Shown piece by piece: positions 55,110 to 64,000 of a stretch of 64,000 bases of DNA. This stretch comes from an uncultured Gemmatimonadales bacterium (GTDB lineage Bacteria > Gemmatimonadota > Gemmatimonadetes > Gemmatimonadales > GWC2-71-9). Both the position numbers and the translations under genes were made by a program. The DNA lies in assembly GCA_963771275.1 (NCBI GenBank), contig CAVYSW010000003.1, positions 1,152,001-1,216,000 of the forward strand, read 5' to 3'. The notes beneath the pieces were generated by a model. It saw only the letters and a list, made by a program, of their open reading frames with translations. It did no database searches and was not told the DNA's origin. The number at the start of each line of letters is the position of its first letter. Position 1 is the stretch's first letter.

Positions 55110-55937
55110 TCAGGCCGCGACGAACCCCGCGTACGCCACGACACTCGAGTGGTCGCCCGTGACCTGGCCGGAGTGCCGATAGTCCACGAGGTGTGCGCGC
55201 GCGGCCCCGAGCAGGCGGGCGGCCTCGAGCATGACCGCCGCCGGCGCGCGCCCGCACATCGTGATGTTGTGACGGTGGCACGCATCGAGCAGCGACTGGC
55301 CATCGAGCTGCTCGATCGCGGCGAAGGCGATCCGGTCCTTCGTCGCCGCCCGATCGGCGTGCTCGTAATGGGTCATGTCGCTCGATGCCAGCAGGAACAC
55401 CCGCTGCGGCCAGCTGCGGACGAGCTCGGCAAGTGCCTCCGCCAGCGTACGGCAGCGGGGCCAATCGTCCCAGGCGAGCACGATCGGGACGATCGAGGCG
55501 GCGGTGCCAGACAGCTGGATGAAGGGGAGCTCAACCTCGACCGCGTGCTCTCCCATGTGGGCAAACGGGTCTGCCGTCGCGAGCGGGCAGCGTGCCGCCA
55601 GCGCCTCGCCGAACGCGGCGTTCACGGGCACCTCGCCGAGCGGGGTGGCGAACGCGCCGCGCGGCCAGACGCTGGCGCCGCCCGGAGCGCCGAGGTGGCC
55701 GGTGTGGTTCGGCGCGAGGATCACGATGACAGGTGGGAGCGCGACACGCTTGAAGACGTGAGCGGCGCACTGGCCGGAGTAGATCAGGCCGGCGTGTGGA
55801 ACCATCGCTCCTCGTGCGTCGTCGGGCTGTGCCTCGACGGCGGCGAGGAAGCCTGTTACCAGTTCGCGCAACTCCGTCGGACTCCGGGGATAGAACGACC
55901 CGGCGACGGCAGGGCGGCGGACTTCGGTGGGCGACAT
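55110..55937 (-). CDS. amrB: AmmeMemoRadiSam system protein B (MEMO1-like)
   Basis: RRPAVAGSFYP, PHAGLIYSG, EHAVEV, SSDMTHY and MCG motifs. Confidence 0.92.
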   Translation of the reverse strand: MSPTEVRRPAVAGSFYPRSPTELRELVTGFLAAVEAQPDDARGAMVPHAGLIYSGQCAAHVFKRVALPPVIVILAPNHTGHLGAPGGASVWPRGAFATPLGEVPVNAAFGEALAARCPLATADPFAHMGEHAVEVELPFIQLSGTAASIVPIVLAWDDWPRCRTLAEALAELVRSWPQRVFLLASSDMTHYEHADRAATKDRIAFAAIEQLDGQSLLDACHRHNITMCGRAPAAVMLEAARLLGAARAHLVDYRHSGQVTGDHSSVVAYAGFVAA

Positions 55938-56069
55938 GCGTGTCCTCCCAAGCTCCCCGACGTGATACTACGTCGCGTGACGGGAGGCAGCCAGGCGCGG
56001 GCGAAGGCACCGGGCTCGTCGTGCGGCCAGGACTTCCCCGACTTGTTGGAGGAGAAGCGGCTTCGGACG

Positions 56070-57320
56070 CTAGCGCCCCGGTCGGGCGGCCGGTGAGATG
56101 ACGGGTTCGGGGGTCGCGACGGGTGCAGGGACCGGCGGTGCTGAGGCGGTCCGGCGCAGCGCGGCGGCCGGGTAATTGCCGCTCGAGTTCCACAGGATCC
56201 AGTCGCTCAGGCCCAGCTGCTCGGAAGCCTCGATCTGGGCGCGGACCTCGGCGGCGCTGTATCGCACGCGGAAGATCGAGAACGACTGAAGGTAGGGTCG
56301 GATTCGCGCGGCGTTGGGCATCGCGCGCGAGCGTGCGATCGCGTCCTGGAGGGCCCGGCGCACGGTGACATACGGCTCGGCATTGGGGTGCGCGATGCCG
56401 TAGGAGCCTCTCCGGTAGTGGCTCGGGTAGACCATCGGCAGCACCACATCGGCAGCGCCCGAGAGATCTTCCCACACCTGCCCGATCCCGAGGTCGCCAT
56501 CGACACTCGTCGTGAGCCCGAAGACGTCGAGCGTGAACGGCACACCCAGCGCCGTAACGCGGTCGCGCAGCAAACCCACCTGGCGTCGAATCGCGGCCCG
56601 CTTGCTCTCCCCGTCGCGTCGCGCGGGGTAGACCGTGCGGCTCAGACGGGCCGGCGGCTCATCGGGAAACCGCACATAGTCGAACTGGACCTCGTCGAAC
56701 CCCAGCAGCACGGCCTCCTCAGCGAGCTGCGCGGAATAGACCCAGACCGAGTCGTGAAAGGCATCCACCCAGGGCTCGCCCAGACCGTCGATCCATAGCC
56801 CGCCCCGGGCGTCGTGGATGGCCCACTGTTGCTTGCCGCGTGCGAGAAGCGGGTCCCGCGCCACCACGATACGGGCGATCGCGTGGATACCGTGGTCGTG
56901 CAGCAGCCCGATCCGTTCGCGAACATCGCGCGCGCTCGGTGATCGGTTGGCGCCGATCTCGATGGCGGTCGGAACGGCAGACTGGTAGGTGATCTCCCCG
57001 GTGGCGTCCTTCACGTCGATCACGAACGCGTTGATCTCGGTCGTGTCCGCGAGGCTGATGAGATCGAAGAACTTCTGCCGGCCGAACACCCACCTGTTCA
57101 GGTAGATCCCCCGAACGACGGCGGGCGGCTGCCCTGGTGGCGGAGGCGGGAGCGCGATTCCCTCCGGACCGCGCGGCAACAGTTCCGCGAGGTAGTCCGG
57201 CCGTTGGGCGGCGTGGTACGCGTACGCGGGTACACGCAGCGTGTCGGGCTGCTGCGCGGCCAGCGGGGTCACGGCCGCCGACCAGGGCAGGCAGGCGATC
57301 CACCACGCCCGGGCGGCCAC
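56070..57320 (-). CDS. Putative glycoside hydrolase (DUF4015-like), secreted
   Basis: RGIYL, VIDVKD, GFDEVQFDYVRFP and PMVYPSHY motifs. Confidence 0.85.
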   Translation of the reverse strand: MAARAWWIACLPWSAAVTPLAAQQPDTLRVPAYAYHAAQRPDYLAELLPRGPEGIALPPPPPGQPPAVVRGIYLNRWVFGRQKFFDLISLADTTEINAFVIDVKDATGEITYQSAVPTAIEIGANRSPSARDVRERIGLLHDHGIHAIARIVVARDPLLARGKQQWAIHDARGGLWIDGLGEPWVDAFHDSVWVYSAQLAEEAVLLGFDEVQFDYVRFPDEPPARLSRTVYPARRDGESKRAAIRRQVGLLRDRVTALGVPFTLDVFGLTTSVDGDLGIGQVWEDLSGAADVVLPMVYPSHYRRGSYGIAHPNAEPYVTVRRALQDAIARSRAMPNAARIRPYLQSFSIFRVRYSAAEVRAQIEASEQLGLSDWILWNSSGNYPAAALRRTASAPPVPAPVATPEPVISPAARPGR

Positions 57321-57321
57321 G

Positions 57322-59658
57322 CTACCGGGTCTCCGTCCGCAAGGCATTGAACAGGAAAGGATACGTCGCCAGGGACTGGCCGCGGTACTGGGGGCGGAAA
57401 CCGAACAGCACGACGCGCCCCCGCCCGTAGGTGACCACCACGAGCGCCGGCCGCCCGGCCGCATGCTCGGGCCCGAGCACCCAGCCGGACAGCAGGACGT
57501 CCTGCGGACGGCTCGGGAACCGCGCGACGACCCGGGCGCGGGTGGTGTCGCGTACCTCGAAGAGCGGGCTCCGCTCGAACCAGGCGATCGACGAGGCCGG
57601 CATCCCGGCCGCGAGGGGGCTCCCCGTGTCGACTTCGATTCGGAAGATCGCGCCGGGAGCGAAGAACGCGTGGGGATCGAGCTCCCCGGCGACGTCGCGC
57701 ATGGGCAGATCCAAGGCCGTGATGGCCCAGGTCGACGCCCCGTCGAGCGTGACCAACGTGCCCCCGTCCCGCACGAAGGCGCGGAGCGCTGCAACTCCGC
57801 CGGTGCCGAGCCCACCCGTGTACGGGGCGGGATACGAGTCCGGCAGGCCTTCGATGATGTCACGCGCAGTCATGTCTGGGATGACGATCGCATCGAACCC
57901 GTCGCGCAGCCGCCCAGCGCGGATCACGGAATCCACCAGCGAGATGTAGGGCGCGTTCCAGGTATCCAAGACCCAGCGGGTCCAGCCCTCATCGATGGAC
58001 GCCGTGTAGCTGCGATACACGCCGATCCGGCGGTCGGCCCCCCGGATGGGGGGACGAGCGGTCAGTCCGGGGTAGGCGTACACCGGCGCCGGAATCTCCA
58101 CGGGATCGCTGAGTGCCACGCGGACGCTGTCTCGCACGCCGGTAACTTGCACCCCCATGAGCAACGGGAGTGTGTGCGCCGTCACATCGTAGGGTGGCTG
58201 CGGCGGACCGCCCGGATACTCGCGCAGGTCGGGATAGTGCTGCGGCTCGAGCAGCGCCTTGGCGAACGCGGCGTACGGCTGGCGCAACACGACCACATAG
58301 GTTCCCACTGGATAGCGGTGGCCGTCGGCCGTGAACTCGGTCGTCGCCGTGCGGATCTCGACCTGACCGCGCTCCAGAACGCGCAACATCGTGCGCAGGC
58401 CGGTCTCGGGCTGGCCCGAGGGGGGAATGAGGTATGCGTAGGGCCAGCCCCGCCACCCCTTGACGGCCCGCTCTCCGATCTCGAGGAAGTTGGTGAGCCA
58501 TTGGGTACGGTAGAGCGCCGCCTGCCGTAGCAGGGCAAACGCTGCGGAGGTCTGGTAATCCACGATGTCGGCGAGCGTCCACCTCCCGCCCGGCCACGGG
58601 GCGGGGAAGTTCCAGCTCGCGGTGCGGGCGTCGAAGCCGCGCCGGCCTTCCAGTTGATCGGGCGTCACCTCGATGGGGGTCGCCAGGCGGGCGCTGGCGG
58701 CCTCGGAGAGGATCCGCACGCCACCATGGTAGTGCTGGTAGGCACGCGCAGGGGTCCAGGCATCGTAGATCGAATGCACGAGGACGCCCGTCTTGCCCTG
58801 CCCGGCGAGCTCCCAGGCCACCGCCGTGCCCAGGGCGTCGACCCCGGCGACGATGAGAGGATCGACGTTGGGCTCGACGGGGTCGAGGTAGGGGGGCAGA
58901 AACAACCGGCTGCCGTAGGGGCCCTGCTGGTGAATGTCGTGCACGATGTGCGGGTGCCAGACATTGTGGAGTGAGTCCACAGTGAGCCGCGTCTCGACTT
59001 GGGTGAACGCATACCAGTCGCGGTTGTTGTCGTGCCCCACATAGGGATGGTACAGCTCCGGTGGGCTGGTCCCCTCCGCCGGCGTGCCCAGCGTGCGACC
59101 GTACCATCGACTCACGATGGTCACGCCGTCCGGGTTGAGCGTCGGAACGAGCAGCAGCACGGTCTGGTCGAGGATCGCCAGCACGTCCGGGTCCGACTGC
59201 GTCGCGAGGCGGTAGGCGAGCACGGCGGGCGTGAAATGCCCGCCGACCTCGGTGGAGTGCACGGACGAAGTGATGAGTACCACCGTCCGCGCATCGTGGA
59301 GCAGGCGAGCGCGCTCCGCGTCGGAGCCGATCCGGCGGGGATCGGCGAGCCTGGCGTTGATGTCCCGCAGGTCGTCGAGCCGCGCCAGGTTGGCGGGGCT
59401 CGAGATGATCAGCGCAAGGAACGGCGCACCGTTCGTGCTACGTCCGAGCTCCCGCAGCTCGACCCGGTCGCTGGCTGCGGCGAGCCGGCGGTAGTAGTCC
59501 ACGAGCACGGGCCACTCGACGAGCCGCCGATCGGTCCCGGGGGTGAATCCAAGCACGGACGCGGGAGTCGGCACGGCTTGCGCGTGCATGGGTGCCGGGA
59601 GGCACAGCACGGCACCGAGCAGCACCAGGCGGATGCCCCGGGATCGGCGGGGGGTCAT
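57322..59658 (-). CDS. M14 family zinc carboxypeptidase-like protein with C-terminal GATase-like domain
   Basis: HSTE, NPDG, DNNRD and DIHQ motifs; signal peptide. Confidence 0.9.
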   Translation of the reverse strand: MTPRRSRGIRLVLLGAVLCLPAPMHAQAVPTPASVLGFTPGTDRRLVEWPVLVDYYRRLAAASDRVELRELGRSTNGAPFLALIISSPANLARLDDLRDINARLADPRRIGSDAERARLLHDARTVVLITSSVHSTEVGGHFTPAVLAYRLATQSDPDVLAILDQTVLLLVPTLNPDGVTIVSRWYGRTLGTPAEGTSPPELYHPYVGHDNNRDWYAFTQVETRLTVDSLHNVWHPHIVHDIHQQGPYGSRLFLPPYLDPVEPNVDPLIVAGVDALGTAVAWELAGQGKTGVLVHSIYDAWTPARAYQHYHGGVRILSEAASARLATPIEVTPDQLEGRRGFDARTASWNFPAPWPGGRWTLADIVDYQTSAAFALLRQAALYRTQWLTNFLEIGERAVKGWRGWPYAYLIPPSGQPETGLRTMLRVLERGQVEIRTATTEFTADGHRYPVGTYVVVLRQPYAAFAKALLEPQHYPDLREYPGGPPQPPYDVTAHTLPLLMGVQVTGVRDSVRVALSDPVEIPAPVYAYPGLTARPPIRGADRRIGVYRSYTASIDEGWTRWVLDTWNAPYISLVDSVIRAGRLRDGFDAIVIPDMTARDIIEGLPDSYPAPYTGGLGTGGVAALRAFVRDGGTLVTLDGASTWAITALDLPMRDVAGELDPHAFFAPGAIFRIEVDTGSPLAAGMPASSIAWFERSPLFEVRDTTRARVVARFPSRPQDVLLSGWVLGPEHAAGRPALVVVTYGRGRVVLFGFRPQYRGQSLATYPFLFNALRTETR

Positions 59659-59681
59659 GGCAGTGGGTCCTTGCTCTGCTC

Positions 59682-61103
59682 TCAGCGTGACCAGACGCGA
59701 GGCGTGACGCCGCCGGGGACGGCTCCGCCCACCAGGGTAGCGCGCTCGACGCCGCCAGCGTCCCAGAGCGGCGGGCCCGCCGATAGCCAGACGGGGTGCC
59801 CCGTGAGGTCGGCGACACTGGGCGGCGGGAGCGGCTGAAACGGGCCCAGGACTCCGCTGGAATCCAGGACGGCGTACTCGGACTCGACAGGCGAAGGCAT
59901 GCCCATGTAGACGCCGCCGACGACCACAATGGCGTCATCCAGCACGAACGCGGCGTGGCGCGAGCGCGGCTGCGCCAGCGCCGTCGGCAGCACCGTCCAG
60001 GCCGAGTCGAGGAACGCCCCGGTCTTGGGGCTCAGCCTGATTGCCAGCACCGTGGAAGAGAGCGCGGTCGAATCCGCCACCGTATCCGGCCTCACGAGCC
60101 CGCGCTCGCCGCCCAGCACGTAGAGCGTGTTGCCCGCCACAACCGCGGCCGCGAACGCCAGCCCGTCGGGCAGCGACGGGCCGGAGAACCAGCCGCTCAG
60201 CCCGCCCGCCGGCTGCACGCTGGCAGTGAGCACCGACCGCGCAGCCAGCGAGTCCGTCCCGAAGCCCCCGATCACGTAGAGGTTTCCGAAAGCGGCAACC
60301 GCTGCGACGCCGGCGCGCGGAACGGGCAGGACGGTCAGCGGCGTCCATAGGGTGTACCCGCCCGACGCCGTGAGGCCGATACCGAGGACGTCGGTGAGCA
60401 CCGCCCCGCTGCTGTCCATGCCGCCGATCTGGTACGCGATGCCGTCGTAGGCTGAGAAGCGCGAGTTCATGCGGTGCACGCCCAGCAGCGCATGCAGGCG
60501 GCGGCCGCGCGGCGTGATCGAATCCGGAGCGCCGCGCCACTCCGTGACGAGTCCCTCCGGACTGGCGAAGCCCAGGTACGTCGAGTCATCGAGTGAGCCG
60601 TCTGCGCGGCGCCCGCCGACCACGACGACCAGCGCGTGGAGCGCGTCACCCGTGGGGAACCGCAGCGCGGCGGCGGCAGCCCCCGCGAGCGCCTCCGGAA
60701 GCGCCGCAGCCTCGACCCACGACCGCGCGCCGGGCAGAAACGTCGTGCGCGGCCGGACGAACAGGTCGATCGGGCCGAGCGTGTCCCGGTCGATGACCAC
60801 GTAGGACGGCCCCGACCGCACGTCCGCGGGGAGCACCGCCGCGATGGCGTCGTCGGTCCACTCGACGACCTCGGCCTGGAGGGCCCCGGGGCCCCCCGAC
60901 ACCAGCACAGTCCCGGCGACCGCGTCGGCACCGAACCCGACGCCGGTCCAGAACGCCGTGTCTCCAGCATAGACGGCGGGGGCGGTGGCACCATTGATGG
61001 CGAGCAAGGTCGGGGCGGTGACGATGGGCGAAGCCGTGCCGCCGCACGCCACCGCCAGCGCGCTCACGACAAACAGCGGGGCGATTCTGCTGTGCTCACG
61101 CAT
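59682..61103 (-). CDS. Kelch-repeat lipoprotein with IPT-like domain
   Basis: Lipobox AVAC; repeated YVIGG/YVLGG/VVGG Kelch motifs. Confidence 0.8.
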   Translation of the reverse strand: MREHSRIAPLFVVSALAVACGGTASPIVTAPTLLAINGATAPAVYAGDTAFWTGVGFGADAVAGTVLVSGGPGALQAEVVEWTDDAIAAVLPADVRSGPSYVVIDRDTLGPIDLFVRPRTTFLPGARSWVEAAALPEALAGAAAAALRFPTGDALHALVVVVGGRRADGSLDDSTYLGFASPEGLVTEWRGAPDSITPRGRRLHALLGVHRMNSRFSAYDGIAYQIGGMDSSGAVLTDVLGIGLTASGGYTLWTPLTVLPVPRAGVAAVAAFGNLYVIGGFGTDSLAARSVLTASVQPAGGLSGWFSGPSLPDGLAFAAAVVAGNTLYVLGGERGLVRPDTVADSTALSSTVLAIRLSPKTGAFLDSAWTVLPTALAQPRSRHAAFVLDDAIVVVGGVYMGMPSPVESEYAVLDSSGVLGPFQPLPPPSVADLTGHPVWLSAGPPLWDAGGVERATLVGGAVPGGVTPRVWSR

Positions 61104-61134
61104 CGAGAGACCGTGCGGCGACGGACGCGGGCGG

Positions 61135-63243
61135 TCAGGCCCCGGCGTCACGGCGGATGAACCGGACGCTCGCGGTGAGGCGCTGGGCGACCTCCGACAG
61201 CTCCTGCGCGCCATGCTCGAGGTCTTCGACTGCGTGCTGTTGCTCGGCCGCTTCGCGGGCGACCTCCGCGGCCTCGCCGGCAGATCGGACGGCCGCTTCC
61301 TGCGCTTGGGTAAGCATCGTCGTGGCGGCATCGGCGAGCTCGAGGCTGGCGCGCGGCGCCGCCGCAATGCGCTCGCCCGCGCGGCGCGTCTCCTCGGCGG
61401 CCTCCATGATGACCGACAGGTCATCGCGCCACCGCTGGGACATCGCGGCAAGCTGCTCGAGCCGCTGACTGATCTCCTCGAGGATGTGCGCCGCCCGGTC
61501 GAGCACCCGGCGTGTGGCCTGGGCGCCCCGGCTCATGCTGTGCGCCGCCTGCGCGCTCTCCTCGGCCAGCTTCCGCACCTCGTCGGCCACGACCGCGAAC
61601 CCCCGCCCGTGGACGCCGGCGCGGGCGGCCTCGATCGTGGCGTTGAGCGCCAGCAGGTTGGTCTGGTTGGCGATCGTCGCGATCGTGTCGGCGAAGCGCT
61701 CGACTTCCTGCGACGCGTCCCGCAGCCCCGCCACCTCGGTGGCGCCCTGCCCGATGTTCGTCCCGAGCTCGGTCAGCTGCTCGGCGGCATCGGCGCTCGC
61801 GTTGCGGACCTCGATCACGCGCTCCGCCATCGTGTGCGTCGCCGTGCGCGTGTGGTCGGCCGCGGCCACCATGGTGCGCGCTCCGTCCACGAGGCGCTGC
61901 AGCTCGGCCGCGGCCTCGCTCACCCGCTTGGCCGCCAGTTGCGCCTCGGCCTCGGCGGCGGCGGCCCGCTGCGCGACGTCGGCGGCGTTCGTCCGGATGC
62001 CCGCGGTCGCGGCGGCGAGCCGCTGCGTGTAGGCAGTGGTCTGGTCGGACGAGTCCGCGACGGGGCGGACCAGGGAGCTGAGGGCGAGGGACAGAGCCAG
62101 CTGCGGCGCCAGCAGGTTGAGCAGGTCCCCGTCCGCCGGCCGGTAGATGCCGGCATCGCGGTGCCGCACGCTCCAAACCCCCACGAGGTCGGCGCCATGG
62201 AGCAGCGGCAGCACGATCTCGGAGCCCACCGGCTCGCCGTCGCCGAGCATCGCGCGGGAATCCGAGACGTCCGCCAGGGCGGGGGCCTGGGTGCGCACCG
62301 CCCGCGCGGTGACGCCCAGGTCGGCGCGGAAGCTCCGCCCGGCCGGCAGCCGCGTGTCCGCGAGCAGCTCGACCATCTGCGTCGGCCCGTCGAAGCGGGC
62401 GAAGCCCATGTCGGTCCAGGGAACGAGGTGGTGCGTCAGCTGCCGGACGCGCGCGAAGCTACGCTCGATGCTCACCTCGGCGGCGACGGCGCCCGCGAGG
62501 CGATGGACCTGATGCAGCTCGTCGGCGCGCACGGCGGCCGCGATCACCCAGTAGGTGAGCAGGAAAGCACCAAACAGGACGGCACCGACGGCGGCGGCGC
62601 TGCCCAGCGGCAGGCTGGCGGCATCGATGCCGCTCCACCCCAGCGCGAAGGCGACCGACGCCGCGTAGACGACCAGCTCCCAGCGGAGCGTCAACCGGGC
62701 GTCGCGCCACTCGAACATGCCCTGCAGGGCGAGCTCAAGGTAGAACGTGCCGTTGACCACCACCCAGAGCAGGACCGTCAGCATCGCGAGCGGACCGAGG
62801 TTCGCGGCGGTGAGGACCGCCGCACCGACCCCGCCCCCCATGGTTTCGTACAGCAGTCCCGTGATCGCCGTGCCGAACGCGAGGTGCGAGGCGACCACGA
62901 ACACCGTCGCGGGCCGGAGGCGACGCAGCGCGAGGTCGCCGATCGAGAGGCCGACGACGGCGGCGAGGACGGCGAAGGCCCAGCCGAAGATCAGCTGCGC
63001 CGCCAGCACCACCCCGAGGACAAACGAGGCGAACCCTTTCCCGGGGAGGGCGATGCCGAAGCGCCGGGTCAGCGCGCCTGCGCACGCGAACAGGGCGAAC
63101 TGCAAGAGCAGCGCGCCGGTGCCGCCCGCGGGACCGCTCGCCACCACGCTGACGGCGGTGGCGACCGCGGTGACGGCGCCGATGACCACCGCGGCGCGGA
63201 GGAAACCGGCGCGACGGGCCCGGTTGGTAGGAAGATCCGGTAT
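61135..63243 (-). CDS. Methyl-accepting chemotaxis-type receptor with multi-TM and GAF domains (start uncertain)
   Basis: [35 protein letters not shown] signalling tip; GAF-like SEIVLPL...VGV; hydrophobic N-terminus. Confidence 0.9.
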   Translation of the reverse strand: MPDLPTNRARRAGFLRAAVVIGAVTAVATAVSVVASGPAGGTGALLLQFALFACAGALTRRFGIALPGKGFASFVLGVVLAAQLIFGWAFAVLAAVVGLSIGDLALRRLRPATVFVVASHLAFGTAITGLLYETMGGGVGAAVLTAANLGPLAMLTVLLWVVVNGTFYLELALQGMFEWRDARLTLRWELVVYAASVAFALGWSGIDAASLPLGSAAAVGAVLFGAFLLTYWVIAAAVRADELHQVHRLAGAVAAEVSIERSFARVRQLTHHLVPWTDMGFARFDGPTQMVELLADTRLPAGRSFRADLGVTARAVRTQAPALADVSDSRAMLGDGEPVGSEIVLPLLHGADLVGVWSVRHRDAGIYRPADGDLLNLLAPQLALSLALSSLVRPVADSSDQTTAYTQRLAAATAGIRTNAADVAQRAAAAEAEAQLAAKRVSEAAAELQRLVDGARTMVAAADHTRTATHTMAERVIEVRNASADAAEQLTELGTNIGQGATEVAGLRDASQEVERFADTIATIANQTNLLALNATIEAARAGVHGRGFAVVADEVRKLAEESAQAAHSMSRGAQATRRVLDRAAHILEEISQRLEQLAAMSQRWRDDLSVIMEAAEETRRAGERIAAAPRASLELADAATTMLTQAQEAAVRSAGEAAEVAREAAEQQHAVEDLEHGAQELSEVAQRLTASVRFIRRDAGA

Positions 63244-63368
63244 CGGTAGCTCGCGGTCGTGCGTGCGGCGGGAATGTTGTCTGTTGAAAGGAAATGTGCA
63301 AGCCGCGCGACGTGGCGGTCGGCGGGAGGCGCACGTAACTTCGGGCATTCCCATTCCGGAGCCGCGCG

Positions 63369-63602
63369 ATGCGCATCGGAATCCAATACTGCGTGGTCTG
63401 AAATTACTACCCGCGCGCCGCCGGTCTGGCGGCGGAACTGCGCGCGCGGTTTCCGGAGGCCACGGTCAAGCTGATCGAGTCTTCCGGTGGCGCGTTCGAG
63501 GTCACGGTCGATGGCGTCCCCGTGTTCTCGAAACTCCGGCTGGGGCGGCACCCGGACGAAGGCGAAGTCGTTCGCAACGTCCTACAACATCGAGGTCGGT
63601 GA
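63369..63602 (+). CDS. SelW/SelT/SelH (Rdx family) selenoprotein, TGA at 63399-63401 read as Sec
   Basis: [24 protein letters not shown]...[30 protein letters not shown]; not in the ORF track. Confidence 0.88.
63411..63449 (+). promoter_or_regulatory. Bacterial SECIS-like hairpin
   Basis: GCCGCC-GGTCT-GGCGGC stem-loop about 15-32 nt after the UGA, with outer CCGCGCGC/GCGCGCGG pairing. Confidence 0.65.
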
Positions 63603-63603
63603 C

Positions 63604-64000
63604 ATGCGCATTGCGATCTCCACGGGCGGCGGCGACGCGCCCGGCCTCAACGCGGTGATCCGCGCCGTCGTGCTCTCCGCTCTGCAGCGCAACTGGGAGG
63701 TCCTGGGCATTCAGCGAGGCTTCGGCGGCCTGCTGGGCGAGTCGCAGCCGGTCCCGATCACGCGAGACGCGGTGCGCGGGATCACACACCAGGGGGGCAC
63801 GATCCTGGGGACGACGAACCGCGGCAATCCGTTCTCGTGGCCCGTGCGGCGCCCGGACGGCAAGATGGAAGAATGGGACCGGTCCGACGAAGTGCTCGAG
63901 AACTTCAAGCGCCTCGGCCTGAACGCATTGATCGTGGTGGGCGGCGACGGCACGCTCCGGATCGGACACCAGTTGTTCCTCAAAGGCATGCCGCTGGTCG
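63604..64000 (+). CDS. pfkA: 6-phosphofructokinase, 5' part (partial)
   Basis: MRIAISTGGGDAPGLNAVIR, GGTILGT and GGDGT motifs; runs off the window. Confidence 0.92.
   Translation, partial: MRIAISTGGGDAPGLNAVIRAVVLSALQRNWEVLGIQRGFGGLLGESQPVPITRDAVRGITHQGGTILGTTNRGNPFSWPVRRPDGKMEEWDRSDEVLENFKRLGLNALIVVGGDGTLRIGHQLFLKGMPLV

Overview
GC-rich bacterial chromosomal window, gene-dense and almost entirely housekeeping. Gene content and style suggest Gemmatimonadota; this is inference, not searched. It is probably origin-proximal, because mnmG is followed by two parS palindromes and parA-parB. Contents: def, a MocA-like nucleotidyltransferase, TPP riboswitch plus thiC (frameshifted), membrane H+-PPase, a sufR-BCDSU operon, tryptophanase, an ABC exporter, mnmG, parAB-M23-bactofilin, queG, a PLP enzyme/LOG/deoxyhypusine-synthase-like/MFS operon (MFS frameshifted), glpD, fadI-fadJ, proline dehydrogenase, rsgA, S41 protease, fused 2-oxoacid dehydrogenase E1, Ser/Thr kinase, Lon, TetR and TrmB regulators, a swivel-first aconitase-family enzyme, MEMO/AmrB, an M14 peptidase, a Kelch lipoprotein, a GAF chemoreceptor and the start of pfkA. 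The best hidden feature is absent from the ORF track: a 77-aa SelW/Rdx-family selenoprotein (CxxU, in-frame TGA plus a SECIS-like hairpin) directly upstream of pfkA. Other notable points are many apparently leaderless genes, a parS interval bracketed by a duplicated AT-rich motif, and several readable operators and promoters. I found no mobile elements, CRISPR arrays, rRNA or tRNA genes, and no clearly novel multi-gene system that I can support strongly.
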